Positions 1-8,409 are shown, numbered from the stretch's first letter. The stretch: DNA of 22,505 bases from Candidatus Thermofontivivens primus (GCA_031458695.1 JAVKJW010000031.1:1-22505), one strand, 5' to 3'. Program-made: numbers and translations. Notes: generated by a model from the letters alone, not told the origin.

Positions 1-326
1 TCCCAGGGAAGGACAACCTTCCTGGGGAGGCGGATGACGACCCCTGGAACGGTGGCGTTCTTGAACCCTTCAGGCGTGTACTGGGGATACTGCTGGACGA
101 AGGTAAAGTACTTGTAACTCCAGGGCTCCCGAAGCTCCGAGAGGGTTGCCGCCACTACCGGGGATCCATGGGGTTTGTCCCCAACGGTCAGCGGGTTCAG
201 CTGATAGGGTGGGAGATTGGGCTTGAGGTACCGGAGCAACGGGGAAAGCGCTGCTGCGATGGCACCAAAAGCCGGCACGCCCATAAGGAGTTTGAGAAAC
301 GTCCTCCGGTTGACGCGCTCTTCCAT
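1..326 (-). CDS. Tat-exported protein, N-terminal part, probably a Rieske [2Fe-2S] subunit (runs off the window edge)
   Basis: Not in the ORF track. Manual translation from ATG 326 is open to the edge: MEERVNRRTFLKLLMGVPAFGAIAAALSPLLRYLKPNLPP... It has a twin-arginine motif (NRRTFLK) followed by a hydrophobic helix, and starts 5 bp after the cytochrome c stop. The Rieske Cys/His boxes are not within the window. Confidence 0.6.
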   Translation of the reverse strand, partial: MEERVNRRTFLKLLMGVPAFGAIAAALSPLLRYLKPNLPPYQLNPLTVGDKPHGSPVVAATLSELREPWSYKYFTFVQQYPQYTPEGFKNATVPGVVIRLPRKVVLPW

Positions 327-331
327 CCGTT

Positions 332-1207
332 TTACTTCACCTGCCCTTTCGGTTCGTAGACGAAGGTATAGACATACTCCACAAGCATCCACATCTCATC
401 CTCGGAGAGTTTCCCCTTGTACGAGGGCATCAAGCCGTTGGGACTCCCATCCTCGATCACCTGGAAGAGGTCGGAGGGCTTTCGTTGGCCCAGGTGGTTG
501 ATGTCGGTGAAAATCCCTGGCCCTCGTCCCGCCGCCCACGTCCACAATTTCCCGGCCATCTCCGCACCCCGCGGCCCTCGGCCGTCCCCAGCAACCCCGT
601 GGCAACTTGCGCAAGTGTTCCCTTCGATCACCCGGTTCTCGTAGATCTCCTTGGCTCGCGCTAGGCGCTCCGCGGAGGTTTGGAACTCCCATTCAAAGAA
701 GACCACATCCCAGCGCTCCTGATCGGTCAACATGGCGCCTTTGTTGACGCCATAAGGTGCTCTCGGGCCGAACGCGGGCATCGCTGTATGCGGGCGACCC
801 AGCGTGACCGTCTCATAGTTCAGGAAGGGGGAGTTGAGCCGCTGGGCGTCCAGGTTGTGGAAGTTCGCCGGGCGGGAAGGCAACTGCTCGGCTTTGACCT
901 TGATCCCGAAGACCCCCAGGAAATCGGTGAGGAGGCTACGCCCCGGCGTCACCAATTTGCTCGCCGCAGGACCATCCCCTCGTCCCTCCGGACCATGACA
1001 CAGGGCGCACTGTTTCTGGAAGACCTTCTCCCCGCGGACCGCCGAGGGCTTACCAGGGACAAGGCGCTGCTCCCCCCTGGACAACGGGAGAGGCGTGTTG
1101 AGACCTACCTGCGCCCGGGAGAAATCCACCGTGGGAGGGAAGGCAATCAGGAGCAACACAATCACTGCCAGAGCCGTCACAATCAAAGGACCGATTTGAA
1201 TCCGCAT
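332..1207 (-). CDS. Diheme c-type cytochrome with N-terminal membrane anchor/signal
   Basis: Two CXXCH motifs (CALCH, CASCH), each followed by G-x-G-D-G and a distal Met-Pro motif (TAMPAF, LMPSY); hydrophobic N-terminus; purine-rich RBS upstream. Confidence 0.92.
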   Translation of the reverse strand: MRIQIGPLIVTALAVIVLLLIAFPPTVDFSRAQVGLNTPLPLSRGEQRLVPGKPSAVRGEKVFQKQCALCHGPEGRGDGPAASKLVTPGRSLLTDFLGVFGIKVKAEQLPSRPANFHNLDAQRLNSPFLNYETVTLGRPHTAMPAFGPRAPYGVNKGAMLTDQERWDVVFFEWEFQTSAERLARAKEIYENRVIEGNTCASCHGVAGDGRGPRGAEMAGKLWTWAAGRGPGIFTDINHLGQRKPSDLFQVIEDGSPNGLMPSYKGKLSEDEMWMLVEYVYTFVYEPKGQVK

Positions 1208-1397
1208 CCTTTCCCTTCACCCGTCTGTTTCACCCTTCCGCCTCGTTGTACACCAAAGCCATTTCAACAGGGCACTTAAAAACACCTCACTGGATTCGAC
1301 CTCTCTCAGGATTTCCCTCCTTGGCGAATAGGGACTTCTGAGATCTCCTTTCTGCCCTATAACGCCATGAGCAGTTCCGCTTCACTTCCCGGGAGAT

Positions 1398-1790
1398 CTA
1401 CTCCGCTGGCTCGTACTTCGTGGGGCACTTGGCCAGGAGGGTTGTGGCCATGAACTCCCCTTGCGGGCTGAGGCGCCCCTCCACCACAACCTCCTTGCCG
1501 TCACCGAAAATATCCGGGACGACACCCTGGTAGCGTACAAAGAGGACCTTCTGCCCATCCGTGATGCGGAAGCGAAGGGACTGGCGGAGCTGGTCCCACT
1601 GGATCGAACCAGGGACAACCTTCCCGCTAACGCGGGCGGGGAGATCCATGCTCCGGTTCCCCTGGACCAGGAGCTCGCTCACAGTAAGGTAGTACACCGA
1701 AGCCCTGCGGACCCCGGCATACACCAGGTACGACAGCACGAGCACAATGGCCAGGACGACGACCAGGAATTTCCACCGTTTCCCTCGCAT
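1398..1790 (-). CDS. ccmE: Cytochrome c maturation heme chaperone CcmE (CxxxY type)
   Basis: N-terminal TM helix; YYLTV, RVSGKVVPGSI, YQGVVPDIF-x-DG-x-EVVVEG; C-terminal LAKCPTKYE. Confidence 0.95.
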   Translation of the reverse strand: MRGKRWKFLVVVLAIVLVLSYLVYAGVRRASVYYLTVSELLVQGNRSMDLPARVSGKVVPGSIQWDQLRQSLRFRITDGQKVLFVRYQGVVPDIFGDGKEVVVEGRLSPQGEFMATTLLAKCPTKYEPAE

Positions 1791-1865
1791 CGCTACCCCC
1801 CTACAACCGGATGAGTTTCTCAGTGCCCTTCCAAAAGGTCTTTTCCCATCCGCCCGGGGTCCCTC

Positions 1866-2051
1866 TCATGGAGTCTCCCCTCGGTCCTTTCTCTTCTCAG
1901 GGTCGCCCTTGTTCCCTGCAGCAAGCGCTTGCTTCAACGCCGCAATCTCCCTTGACAGCGCCAGCCCCCGCTGGATGAGAAAGAGCAGGTAGGCAAACAG
2001 GCCGATCCAGATCATGAGATAAGCAAAGAACAGCAGCGTCAGGTTCTTCAC
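1866..2051 (-). CDS. ccmD: Heme exporter protein CcmD
   Basis: 61 aa, single TM helix (LFFAYLMIWIGLFAYLLFL) then a charged tail; lies between ccmC and ccmE and overlaps the ccmC stop (GTGA). Confidence 0.85.
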   Translation of the reverse strand: MKNLTLLFFAYLMIWIGLFAYLLFLIQRGLALSREIAALKQALAAGNKGDPEKRKDRGETP

Positions 2052-2725
2052 GGTACCAGCTCCTTGAGCGATTCTACTTCATCCCTTGCAAGCTCTAGGA
2101 AAAGCCTCTGACGAAGCAAGAGAACGAAGAGGAGCGTGAAGGTGGCCAGGGAGACGAGAAGCGTCCACAGCATCGGTGGAGCAAGGCCGGCACCCTGGCG
2201 CGTGAACACCACCGGTGACAGCCCTCGGAGGAGGCGGGCAGAGAAGAAGACCAGGGGGACATCTAGAAATCCCACGATCCCTACAACTGCAGCGAGCCGC
2301 GCCTTCCGCTCGTCATCACCTGCGGCGGCACGCAACAAGAGGTAGCCCACGTAGATGAACCAGAGGATCAGGAAGGTCACGAGCCTGGGCTCCCACGTCC
2401 ACCACGTCCCCCAAATGGGCTTTGCCCAGATCGAACCAGTGATGAGGACGAGTGTGCTAAAGAGCACCCCGATCTCGGCGGCACTTGTACCAAGGGCATC
2501 CCACCAACGGGACCGCTGCCGCAAGTACTGAATCCCTGCGATACATACCATCAGGAAGGCCAGGAAGGAAATCCACGCAAGGGGGACATGGAAGTAGAAG
2601 ATCCGCTGGATGATGCCCATCTCTCGTTCTGTGGGGACGTACATGAAGACCATGTACAGGGAGACAACCATTGCGACGAGGAGAATCCAGGCAATGGCCC
2701 GATCATCAAAGCCTCTGGCCATCAT
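2048..2725 (-). CDS. ccmC: Heme exporter protein CcmC
   Basis: QRIFYFHVP, TGSIWAKPIWGTWWTWEPRL (WWD domain), about six TM segments. Confidence 0.95.
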   Translation of the reverse strand: MMARGFDDRAIAWILLVAMVVSLYMVFMYVPTEREMGIIQRIFYFHVPLAWISFLAFLMVCIAGIQYLRQRSRWWDALGTSAAEIGVLFSTLVLITGSIWAKPIWGTWWTWEPRLVTFLILWFIYVGYLLLRAAAGDDERKARLAAVVGIVGFLDVPLVFFSARLLRGLSPVVFTRQGAGLAPPMLWTLLVSLATFTLLFVLLLRQRLFLELARDEVESLKELVP

Positions 2726-3396
2726 TCCTCCTCCACGACGTACTCGAAGACAACCAGCCCAATGGCCACGAAGAGTATATCAAAGGCCACCAGGAGTTGC
2801 AACTCAGGCGCGGCGGACTGAAGGGGAAGGCCATCCAGCACCTTCGCTGTCGCACCGACCGCTCCCACCAGAGCCGGCATCGCCACGGGGAACGCCAGGA
2901 GGGGAAGGAGGATCTCCCGGAGGCGTGTCTGCGCCGAGATCGCCGAGAACAGGGTCTCCACCGCAATAAACCCAACCGTCCCCAGAAACAGGGGAAGGAG
3001 GAGGGGACCGACCCGTCCCCCAAGAGGGAAGTTGAACAACACCACGAAGACAGGAAGGGCTACGGCCTCCACAAGGAGGACGAGGATGGTGCTCCCGATC
3101 ATCTTCCCCAGGAAGATCGCGCTCCTGTCCATGGGGGCAAGGAGGATGCCGCTGAGCTGGCCCCGCTCCTTCTCGACAAGGAAAACCCTGCTCAGGCCCA
3201 GGGTTGCAGCGAAGGTGAAGACTACCCAGAGGACCCCGGATGCAGCCAGCTTGACGGTCACGACGTTTTGTCCCATGGCCACGTTCAGGATCACAAGGAT
3301 GAGCAGAGCCAGGACCATCATGGTGGTCAGGATCTCCTTGGTCCTGAGCTCGACGCGCAGGTCCTTCCAGAGCAACGTCAGGATCGCCCTCCCCAT
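2722..3396 (-). CDS. ccmB: Heme exporter permease CcmB
   Basis: WKDLRVELR N-terminus, EKERGQLSGILLAP, AIFLGK, REILLPLLAFPV; multiple TM helices; position in the cluster. Confidence 0.95.
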   Translation of the reverse strand: MGRAILTLLWKDLRVELRTKEILTTMMVLALLILVILNVAMGQNVVTVKLAASGVLWVVFTFAATLGLSRVFLVEKERGQLSGILLAPMDRSAIFLGKMIGSTILVLLVEAVALPVFVVLFNFPLGGRVGPLLLPLFLGTVGFIAVETLFSAISAQTRLREILLPLLAFPVAMPALVGAVGATAKVLDGLPLQSAAPELQLLVAFDILFVAIGLVVFEYVVEEE

Positions 3397-3462
3397 AGAT
3401 ACCTCCGAGGATGCAAAGATGTTTCACCCGGCCAAAGAATGTTGACGTTTGCTGGAGCTCTT

Positions 3463-4182
3463 TCAGCTTTCCAGTGTAGCCAGGAACGCCTCCCGCAGGC
3501 GCTCCCCTCGTATCTCTGGACCTTCCATCACTCGGGCAACGCGCCCATCGAGGAGGATCACCGCCCGGTCGCAGGCCTCGAGACCTTCGTTCAGGTTATG
3601 GGTCGCCATGATGATCGCCCTCCCTTCCTGACGGAGAGAGGCCAGCAGCTCTCCTAGACTGCGACTGGCCTGCGCATCCAGCCCTGTGAAAGGCTCATCC
3701 AAAAGAAGCAAAATGGGATCATGAAGCAGCGCGCGCGCAATAGCGACCCGTTGTTGGAGACCTCGGGAGAGGGTCCGGACAAGGTCATGGGCGCGGCGCT
3801 CAAGTCCCAATGCTTCCAGGACCTGCCTCGTACGGGCCGGGATATCAGGAAGGCCAAACAAGCGCGCGTAGAAATGCAAATTCTCGCTCACCGAAAGGCT
3901 CCCGTAGAGGAAGGAGTCGTGGCCCACGAAGCCCAGGAGCCTCCTGCACTCCTCGCCCTCCCTGCGCGGGTCACGCCCGAAGATCCGGATGTTCCCCTCC
4001 GTCGGGCGGATGAGCGTGGCCAGGATCCGCAAAAGGGTCGTCTTCCCCGAACCGTTGGGCCCGAGCAAGGCGAGATACTCCCCTGGCCTCACCTCGAGGT
4101 CCACGCCCCTCAACGCCCAAGTTCGCCCGAAGGCCTTTTTCACGCCACGGGCCTCGACTGCTCTTCGGTCCTCCTGCACCAT
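3463..4182 (-). CDS. ccmA: Heme ABC exporter ATP-binding protein CcmA
   Basis: Walker A GPNGSGKTT, signature LSRGLQQR, Walker B LLLLDEPFTGLD, H-loop ATH. Start moved from 4440 to ATG 4182 (MVQEDRRAVE) to avoid overlapping the upstream gene. Confidence 0.93.
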   Translation of the reverse strand: MVQEDRRAVEARGVKKAFGRTWALRGVDLEVRPGEYLALLGPNGSGKTTLLRILATLIRPTEGNIRIFGRDPRREGEECRRLLGFVGHDSFLYGSLSVSENLHFYARLFGLPDIPARTRQVLEALGLERRAHDLVRTLSRGLQQRVAIARALLHDPILLLLDEPFTGLDAQASRSLGELLASLRQEGRAIIMATHNLNEGLEACDRAVILLDGRVARVMEGPEIRGERLREAFLATLES

Positions 4183-4193
4183 CCTTGCACTCC

Positions 4194-5771
4194 CTACCCC
4201 ATGTGATCCACGAGCGATTCCACCTCGTGGGGGAAGAACAAGAAGTACGGGTACCCGCGATACGTGGCTGCTTGTGCCTCTTCCAACCGGGACTTGAGCT
4301 GGCTGAGCCTCTCCTCCACTTCGGCAATCTCCTCCCGCAGGGCTTCGCTCAGGCGCACGTTGATCTCCCTGATCCGCCTGGTCAGCTCCCTCCGCCTCTT
4401 GCGCGGGAGTCCCTCCTCCAGGGAGCGGATATACCGCCATTTCTCCTCGATGAGCGCGACTTGCTCAGGAGTGGGGTTCGGAAGGTGGCGGTCAGGATTG
4501 TGGCGGAGGTCCAGGAGACGTTTCTGCAGCTGCCTGCGCTCCTCCTCCACCTCCTCGTGACCGTCGAGATCCGGCCAGAGTGTCGCCGATGCCACGATGT
4601 AAGGAGGCGGCGCGATCCCCCAGAAGTCACGGATGACAGCATCGGTCACCTCGTCGTAGCGACTTCCTCCGACACCGTGGATGAACAGGTCCGCTATGAA
4701 GAGGCGGCAGAACATGGTCAATGTAATCGCCCGGGGGCGGATCTTGAGGGCAGAACGCACCAGGACCTCCAGGGCTTCCTCAGGCGCGGCCGGGAGCGTA
4801 ACCAGCGTACTGCGGTCGGCAACGAGTGCAATCTCCCCAGGTGCAGGGACGGCGAAGAGCTCCCTGCGCCTGCCCTGGAGAACGGCCCAAAAAGGAAGTT
4901 CCACGAGCTCCCCCTCGGCCAGGAGGTCGGGGAACGGATGGGCCGGGGAACGCAGACCATGGCGACGTCTGTAGGTAGCGAGATGCGCATTCGTGATACG
5001 CGCGAAGGTCTGGGCACGCACAGCGATGGAAAGGAAAAACCACAAGAACTGCGGCAGCTGGCAGATCCAGGAGAGAGGGACCTCCAGATACCCCCTGGAC
5101 CCTCCTCCCTGTTCATACCGCCTGCGAGCTGCAGCCAGGAACTCCCCCAGGGTTTGGACGCGTTCCTGCACAAATACCGCGGCTTCTGAGAAGTGGTCCA
5201 ACGATTCTCTGAAGCGAGGCTTCCCCAATGTATTCAGGTGCGCGGCGATCCGCCCAAGGAATCCATCCCACTCATCCCTCGAAGGAGGCCGATGGGCCTC
5301 AAAGGGGACATCGCTGGGAGCACGCAGGAGTGTTTCCCGGACGATGCGAAACCGTTCCCTTCGCGCGGGGATCTCGACCGTGACCTCCCCTACCTCGTCG
5401 GTATCGACCACCACGTTGAGGCCAATTGCTCCCAAGGAGATCCTGAGCCGCTCAAGGAGGAAGTGCTTGATCCAGATCCCAGGGTGGAAGAAAACAGGCT
5501 GGTGGCCTGTGAGGATAAACCTCGCTCCCTTACAAGGAGGAGTAGGAACTGTGACCCCTATGGATTCCATGAACTTCCGAGCCAACCCCAAGACGGCCTC
5601 CTGAAGTTCCTCGCGGAACTCAGGGAGGCTCCTCCCCAGGACTTCTACGTCCAGGGTGGCCAGAGGGTTTCTCTGGAGGAGCTCTCCTGCTTTCCCCGCA
5701 GGGGGGACGCAGAGGACCTCCCCTCGCCCCTGGGGGATGCGAACTTCGTCAATCCATAGAGCCTCGCTCAT
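4194..5771 (-). CDS. Distant BshC-like protein (putative amino-acid ligase, Rossmann-like core plus coiled coil)
   Basis: 525 aa from ATG 5771 (ATGA overlap with the bshB1 stop). Motifs ILTGHQP, NVVVDTDE and LFIHGVGGSRYD occur in the same order as the BshC GQQ, FW..EDHD and AF..G.GE..Y motifs; long C-terminal coiled coil; adjacent to bshB1. Confidence 0.6.
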   Translation of the reverse strand: MSEALWIDEVRIPQGRGEVLCVPPAGKAGELLQRNPLATLDVEVLGRSLPEFREELQEAVLGLARKFMESIGVTVPTPPCKGARFILTGHQPVFFHPGIWIKHFLLERLRISLGAIGLNVVVDTDEVGEVTVEIPARRERFRIVRETLLRAPSDVPFEAHRPPSRDEWDGFLGRIAAHLNTLGKPRFRESLDHFSEAAVFVQERVQTLGEFLAAARRRYEQGGGSRGYLEVPLSWICQLPQFLWFFLSIAVRAQTFARITNAHLATYRRRHGLRSPAHPFPDLLAEGELVELPFWAVLQGRRRELFAVPAPGEIALVADRSTLVTLPAAPEEALEVLVRSALKIRPRAITLTMFCRLFIADLFIHGVGGSRYDEVTDAVIRDFWGIAPPPYIVASATLWPDLDGHEEVEEERRQLQKRLLDLRHNPDRHLPNPTPEQVALIEEKWRYIRSLEEGLPRKRRRELTRRIREINVRLSEALREEIAEVEERLSQLKSRLEEAQAATYRGYPYFLFFPHEVESLVDHMG

Positions 5772-6457
5772 ACCAGCGCACCAACCCCCCTCAACCCGAT
5801 CTCCTCCCTGCACACGAAGGGCTCTCCATACGCACACCCAATGAGGGAACCCCAGTAACGATTCTCCTCGCGAATCTCCTCAAGGAGGCCGATGTTCCCC
5901 CGCTCCACGTTAAACTGGCTGGCATAGCAGCGGATCGCCTCCAACTTCTGATCGATATAGGCGCTGATATCCAGGATGAATGAGGGTTTGAGGTGGAGGC
6001 GATAGTGGATGGCGGCGAAGTGGAAGACCCTCCTGGGATAGAATGGCTCCCCTGCCAGCCCTGCTTTGGTGAGCTTGGCGTAGAACCTCCCCGCCTCAGA
6101 GAGGCGACAGGCAGCCACATGGTCGGGGTGTGCATCCTCCCAGTAATGGAGAAACAGCAGCTCCGGGCGCACCTCCCGGATCACCTCCGCGACCATCCTC
6201 CGCGCTTCCACGGTGTCCATGAGCTCCCGATTCTTGAGAGGGAGGGTGATGCGCCTCACCCCGAGAATCTCTGCCGCAGCCGCGGCTTCCTGTCTCCGCC
6301 GCTCCGGCGTACCCATGGGTGTGGGCTCCCCATCGGTCAGGTCGAGGATCCATACCTCGTACCCCTCCGCGCGCATCGCCAGGATCGTCCCGCCCATCCC
6401 GATCTCCACATCATCGGGATGTGCGCCGATGGCAAGGGCCCGGGCGTGACGGCTCAT
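5768..6457 (-). CDS. bshB1: PIG-L family N-acetylglucosaminide deacetylase, BshB1-like
   Basis: AHPDDVE and HPDH metal/catalytic motifs, DLTDGE, RRQEA, DIS...K..AI.CYASQF, YGEPF; GGAGG RBS. Confidence 0.88.
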   Translation of the reverse strand: MSRHARALAIGAHPDDVEIGMGGTILAMRAEGYEVWILDLTDGEPTPMGTPERRRQEAAAAAEILGVRRITLPLKNRELMDTVEARRMVAEVIREVRPELLFLHYWEDAHPDHVAACRLSEAGRFYAKLTKAGLAGEPFYPRRVFHFAAIHYRLHLKPSFILDISAYIDQKLEAIRCYASQFNVERGNIGLLEEIREENRYWGSLIGCAYGEPFVCREEIGLRGVGALV

Positions 6458-7214
6458 GGATCCTTCCTCCCCCTACTGAGCGATTCAACCAGCGCTTCGC
6501 CTCCTGCTCGATGATGCGGAAGTAGTAGGCACGCCGCACCGACGGATCGTCCAGCCCTCCCCAGAAGCGGCGGTTGGGATTCTTGTAGATGCGGGCCACC
6601 GGGATCTCCTTCACCCTCAAGTTGTGGGCAGCGGCCTGGATCCACACCTGGAGCGGCATCCCGTAGCTCGGTTCGGTGAGCTCAAGCTTGGTAAGCGCCT
6701 CTACGCGGTACGCCTTGAAGCCGCACCAGGCGTCGGTTAAAGGATAGCCCGTCAACTCCCGCAAGATCCTTGTGATCTCTTCGTTGAGCATCCGGCGGTC
6801 CGGTGGTGGGGGATCCCCTGCTGCTTCAGGGTCCAGGTATCGGCTCCCCGAGACGATGTCGTACCCAACGATCTCGGAAATGAACCGGGGGATCATCTGC
6901 GGCTCATGCTGTGCATCGCAGTCCATGGTGACGACGATTTCGTACTCGTTCTGGATTGCGTACTGGAAGCCGTCAATGAGCGATTGCCCGTACCCAAGAT
7001 TGGTCGGGTGGCGGATGACCATGACCTCAGGGAACCGCTCTAGGATCTGAGGAGAACAATCTGTTGAGCCATCGTCCACCACCAGGATATCCGCCTTCAC
7101 CTGCATCGTCTGGTCCAAACTGGCGACATACCTTCGGACCTCCTGCAACACCAGCTCCAGGGTCTGCGCTTCATTGTACAACGGCATGAGGATCAGCGCC
7201 TGAGCTTTGGACAT
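6411..7214 (-). CDS. Glycosyltransferase family 2 (GT-A, polyprenol-phosphate-mannose-synthase-like)
   Basis: MPLYNE, VVDDGSTD, HPTNLGYG, DxD motif TMDCDAQH, VSGSRY, TDAWCGFKAY. Start set at ATG 7214 (MSKAQ) because the longer ORF overlaps the HD gene. Confidence 0.92.
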   Translation of the reverse strand: MSKAQALILMPLYNEAQTLELVLQEVRRYVASLDQTMQVKADILVVDDGSTDCSPQILERFPEVMVIRHPTNLGYGQSLIDGFQYAIQNEYEIVVTMDCDAQHEPQMIPRFISEIVGYDIVSGSRYLDPEAAGDPPPPDRRMLNEEITRILRELTGYPLTDAWCGFKAYRVEALTKLELTEPSYGMPLQVWIQAAAHNLRVKEIPVARIYKNPNRRFWGGLDDPSVRRAYYFRIIEQEAKRWLNRSVGGGRIHEPSRPGPCHRRTSR

Positions 7215-7273
7215 TCTTCTCCACACCTCGATCGCTTGCGCACGGGAGTATGAGAATGTTGGTGGGCGGACTC

Positions 7274-7999
7274 TTACAGGAGCTTGACCCCGTTGATCTG
7301 GAGCTTGAAGTCGCAGCCCAGGAACTGAGCCGCGCGTCTGCACATCACCATCCGCGAGAGGAAAATCTCAAAGTACTCCATCACTTTGGAAATCTCTGTG
7401 TTGATGGCGAGCTCCAGGGTGATGGCGCGAGCGATCTCATCCACCCGCAGGAAGGAGTGCTCCACGGCGTAGTTGACGCGATCGTGAATATCAAAGGTGG
7501 TGGGATCAGGGTTGCGGACGCGGGTCCGGTGGACATCAGACTTATCCGCCAAGATCACAGCTGCGCCTACGGGGCTTACAGGATCGCCGGTATCTTCCTC
7601 GTGGTTCCCGATGGCTCCCATGACGATGGCCCGCTCTGCGGGATCCATCCCTAGCCGCTCCAGGATCCTCCCAGCAAGGAGCGCCCCCGTATGCTCGTGG
7701 TTGATACGCCCCACCACGTTGCCGATGTCGTGGAGGTAGCCGGCGATGGCGGCAAGCTGCGTCTGGCGCTCCTCATAGCCGAGGCGCTTGAGGATATTCA
7801 TGGCGATGCTGGCGACAAGGTTGGCGTGGCGGAACCCGTGCTCCGTGTACCCGATTGCTGCAGTGTAGGCGTCGGCCTTCGCGATGAACGCCTCGACCTC
7901 GGGATCCCGCCGGATCTCCTCAAGGGTCAGGAGCTTTAGCTGGGCAGGGGCTGCGGGTGGAGCCTCCTTGATTTCGCTGATGCGGGCCTTGTCATCCAT
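7274..7999 (-). CDS. HD-domain phosphohydrolase
   Basis: H...LHDIG...H...NH...ILADKSD metal-binding pattern; overlaps the yajC stop. Confidence 0.9.
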   Translation of the reverse strand: MDDKARISEIKEAPPAAPAQLKLLTLEEIRRDPEVEAFIAKADAYTAAIGYTEHGFRHANLVASIAMNILKRLGYEERQTQLAAIAGYLHDIGNVVGRINHEHTGALLAGRILERLGMDPAERAIVMGAIGNHEEDTGDPVSPVGAAVILADKSDVHRTRVRNPDPTTFDIHDRVNYAVEHSFLRVDEIARAITLELAINTEISKVMEYFEIFLSRMVMCRRAAQFLGCDFKLQINGVKLL

Positions 8000-8273
8000 C
8001 CTCCTTCTCCTGTTTTGACCGCACGTAGCTGACCGCGCTTCGATCTGCCTTGACCCGCACGTTGGGTGCGATCTCCAGTGTGAGGACTTCGTCCTTCAGG
8101 TCCACGATGGTGGCGTGGAAACCTCCCAGGGTCACGACGCGGTCCCCCTTCTTAAGTTTGCTCAGCATCTCCTGCCGCCTTCTCCGCTGGACCTGCTGCG
8201 GCCGGATCAACAGGAAGTAGAGAAGGGCGAACAGGATGATGTAGATCAGGATAATGTTGTACTGTTGTGGCAA
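7992..8273 (-). CDS. yajC: Preprotein translocase subunit YajC
   Basis: TM helix, YFLLIRPQQ, LKKGDRVVTLGG; TTG start with GGAGG at 8281-8285; follows tgt. Confidence 0.96.
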   Translation of the reverse strand: MPQQYNIILIYIILFALLYFLLIRPQQVQRRRRQEMLSKLKKGDRVVTLGGFHATIVDLKDEVLTLEIAPNVRVKADRSAVSYVRSKQEKEDG

Positions 8274-8367
8274 CGCGGCACCTCCCTTAAGCAGGTCCTC
8301 GGTCCCAGCTGCTGATGCACACCTGATACCTGATACATGGATGGTCTAGGAATTCACCCGCGGTGGC

Positions 8368-8396
8368 AGTGTACCACAGATTTCTTTGTCCCGCAA
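8368..8396 (-). promoter_or_regulatory. Candidate sigma70 promoter for yajC and downstream genes
   Basis: TTGCGG (8396-8391), 17-bp spacer, TACACT (8373-8368), with an extended -10 TGn. Confidence 0.6.
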
Positions 8397-8409
8397 TGGG
8401 CCTACCCCT

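Noticed and set aside
1323..1366. Imperfect hairpin between ccmE and the cytochrome c gene (ggcg-aataggg...ccctat-aa-cgcc)
   Set aside because: Short stems, large loop, no U-tract and no recognisable riboswitch; too weak to call.
4183..4440. Long N-terminal extensions in the ORF track (ccmA to 4440; similarly GT2 to 7343, ruvA to 15441, nitrilase to 21327)
   Set aside because: Each overlaps a well-supported upstream gene in another frame; internal starts give normal lengths and tight coupling.
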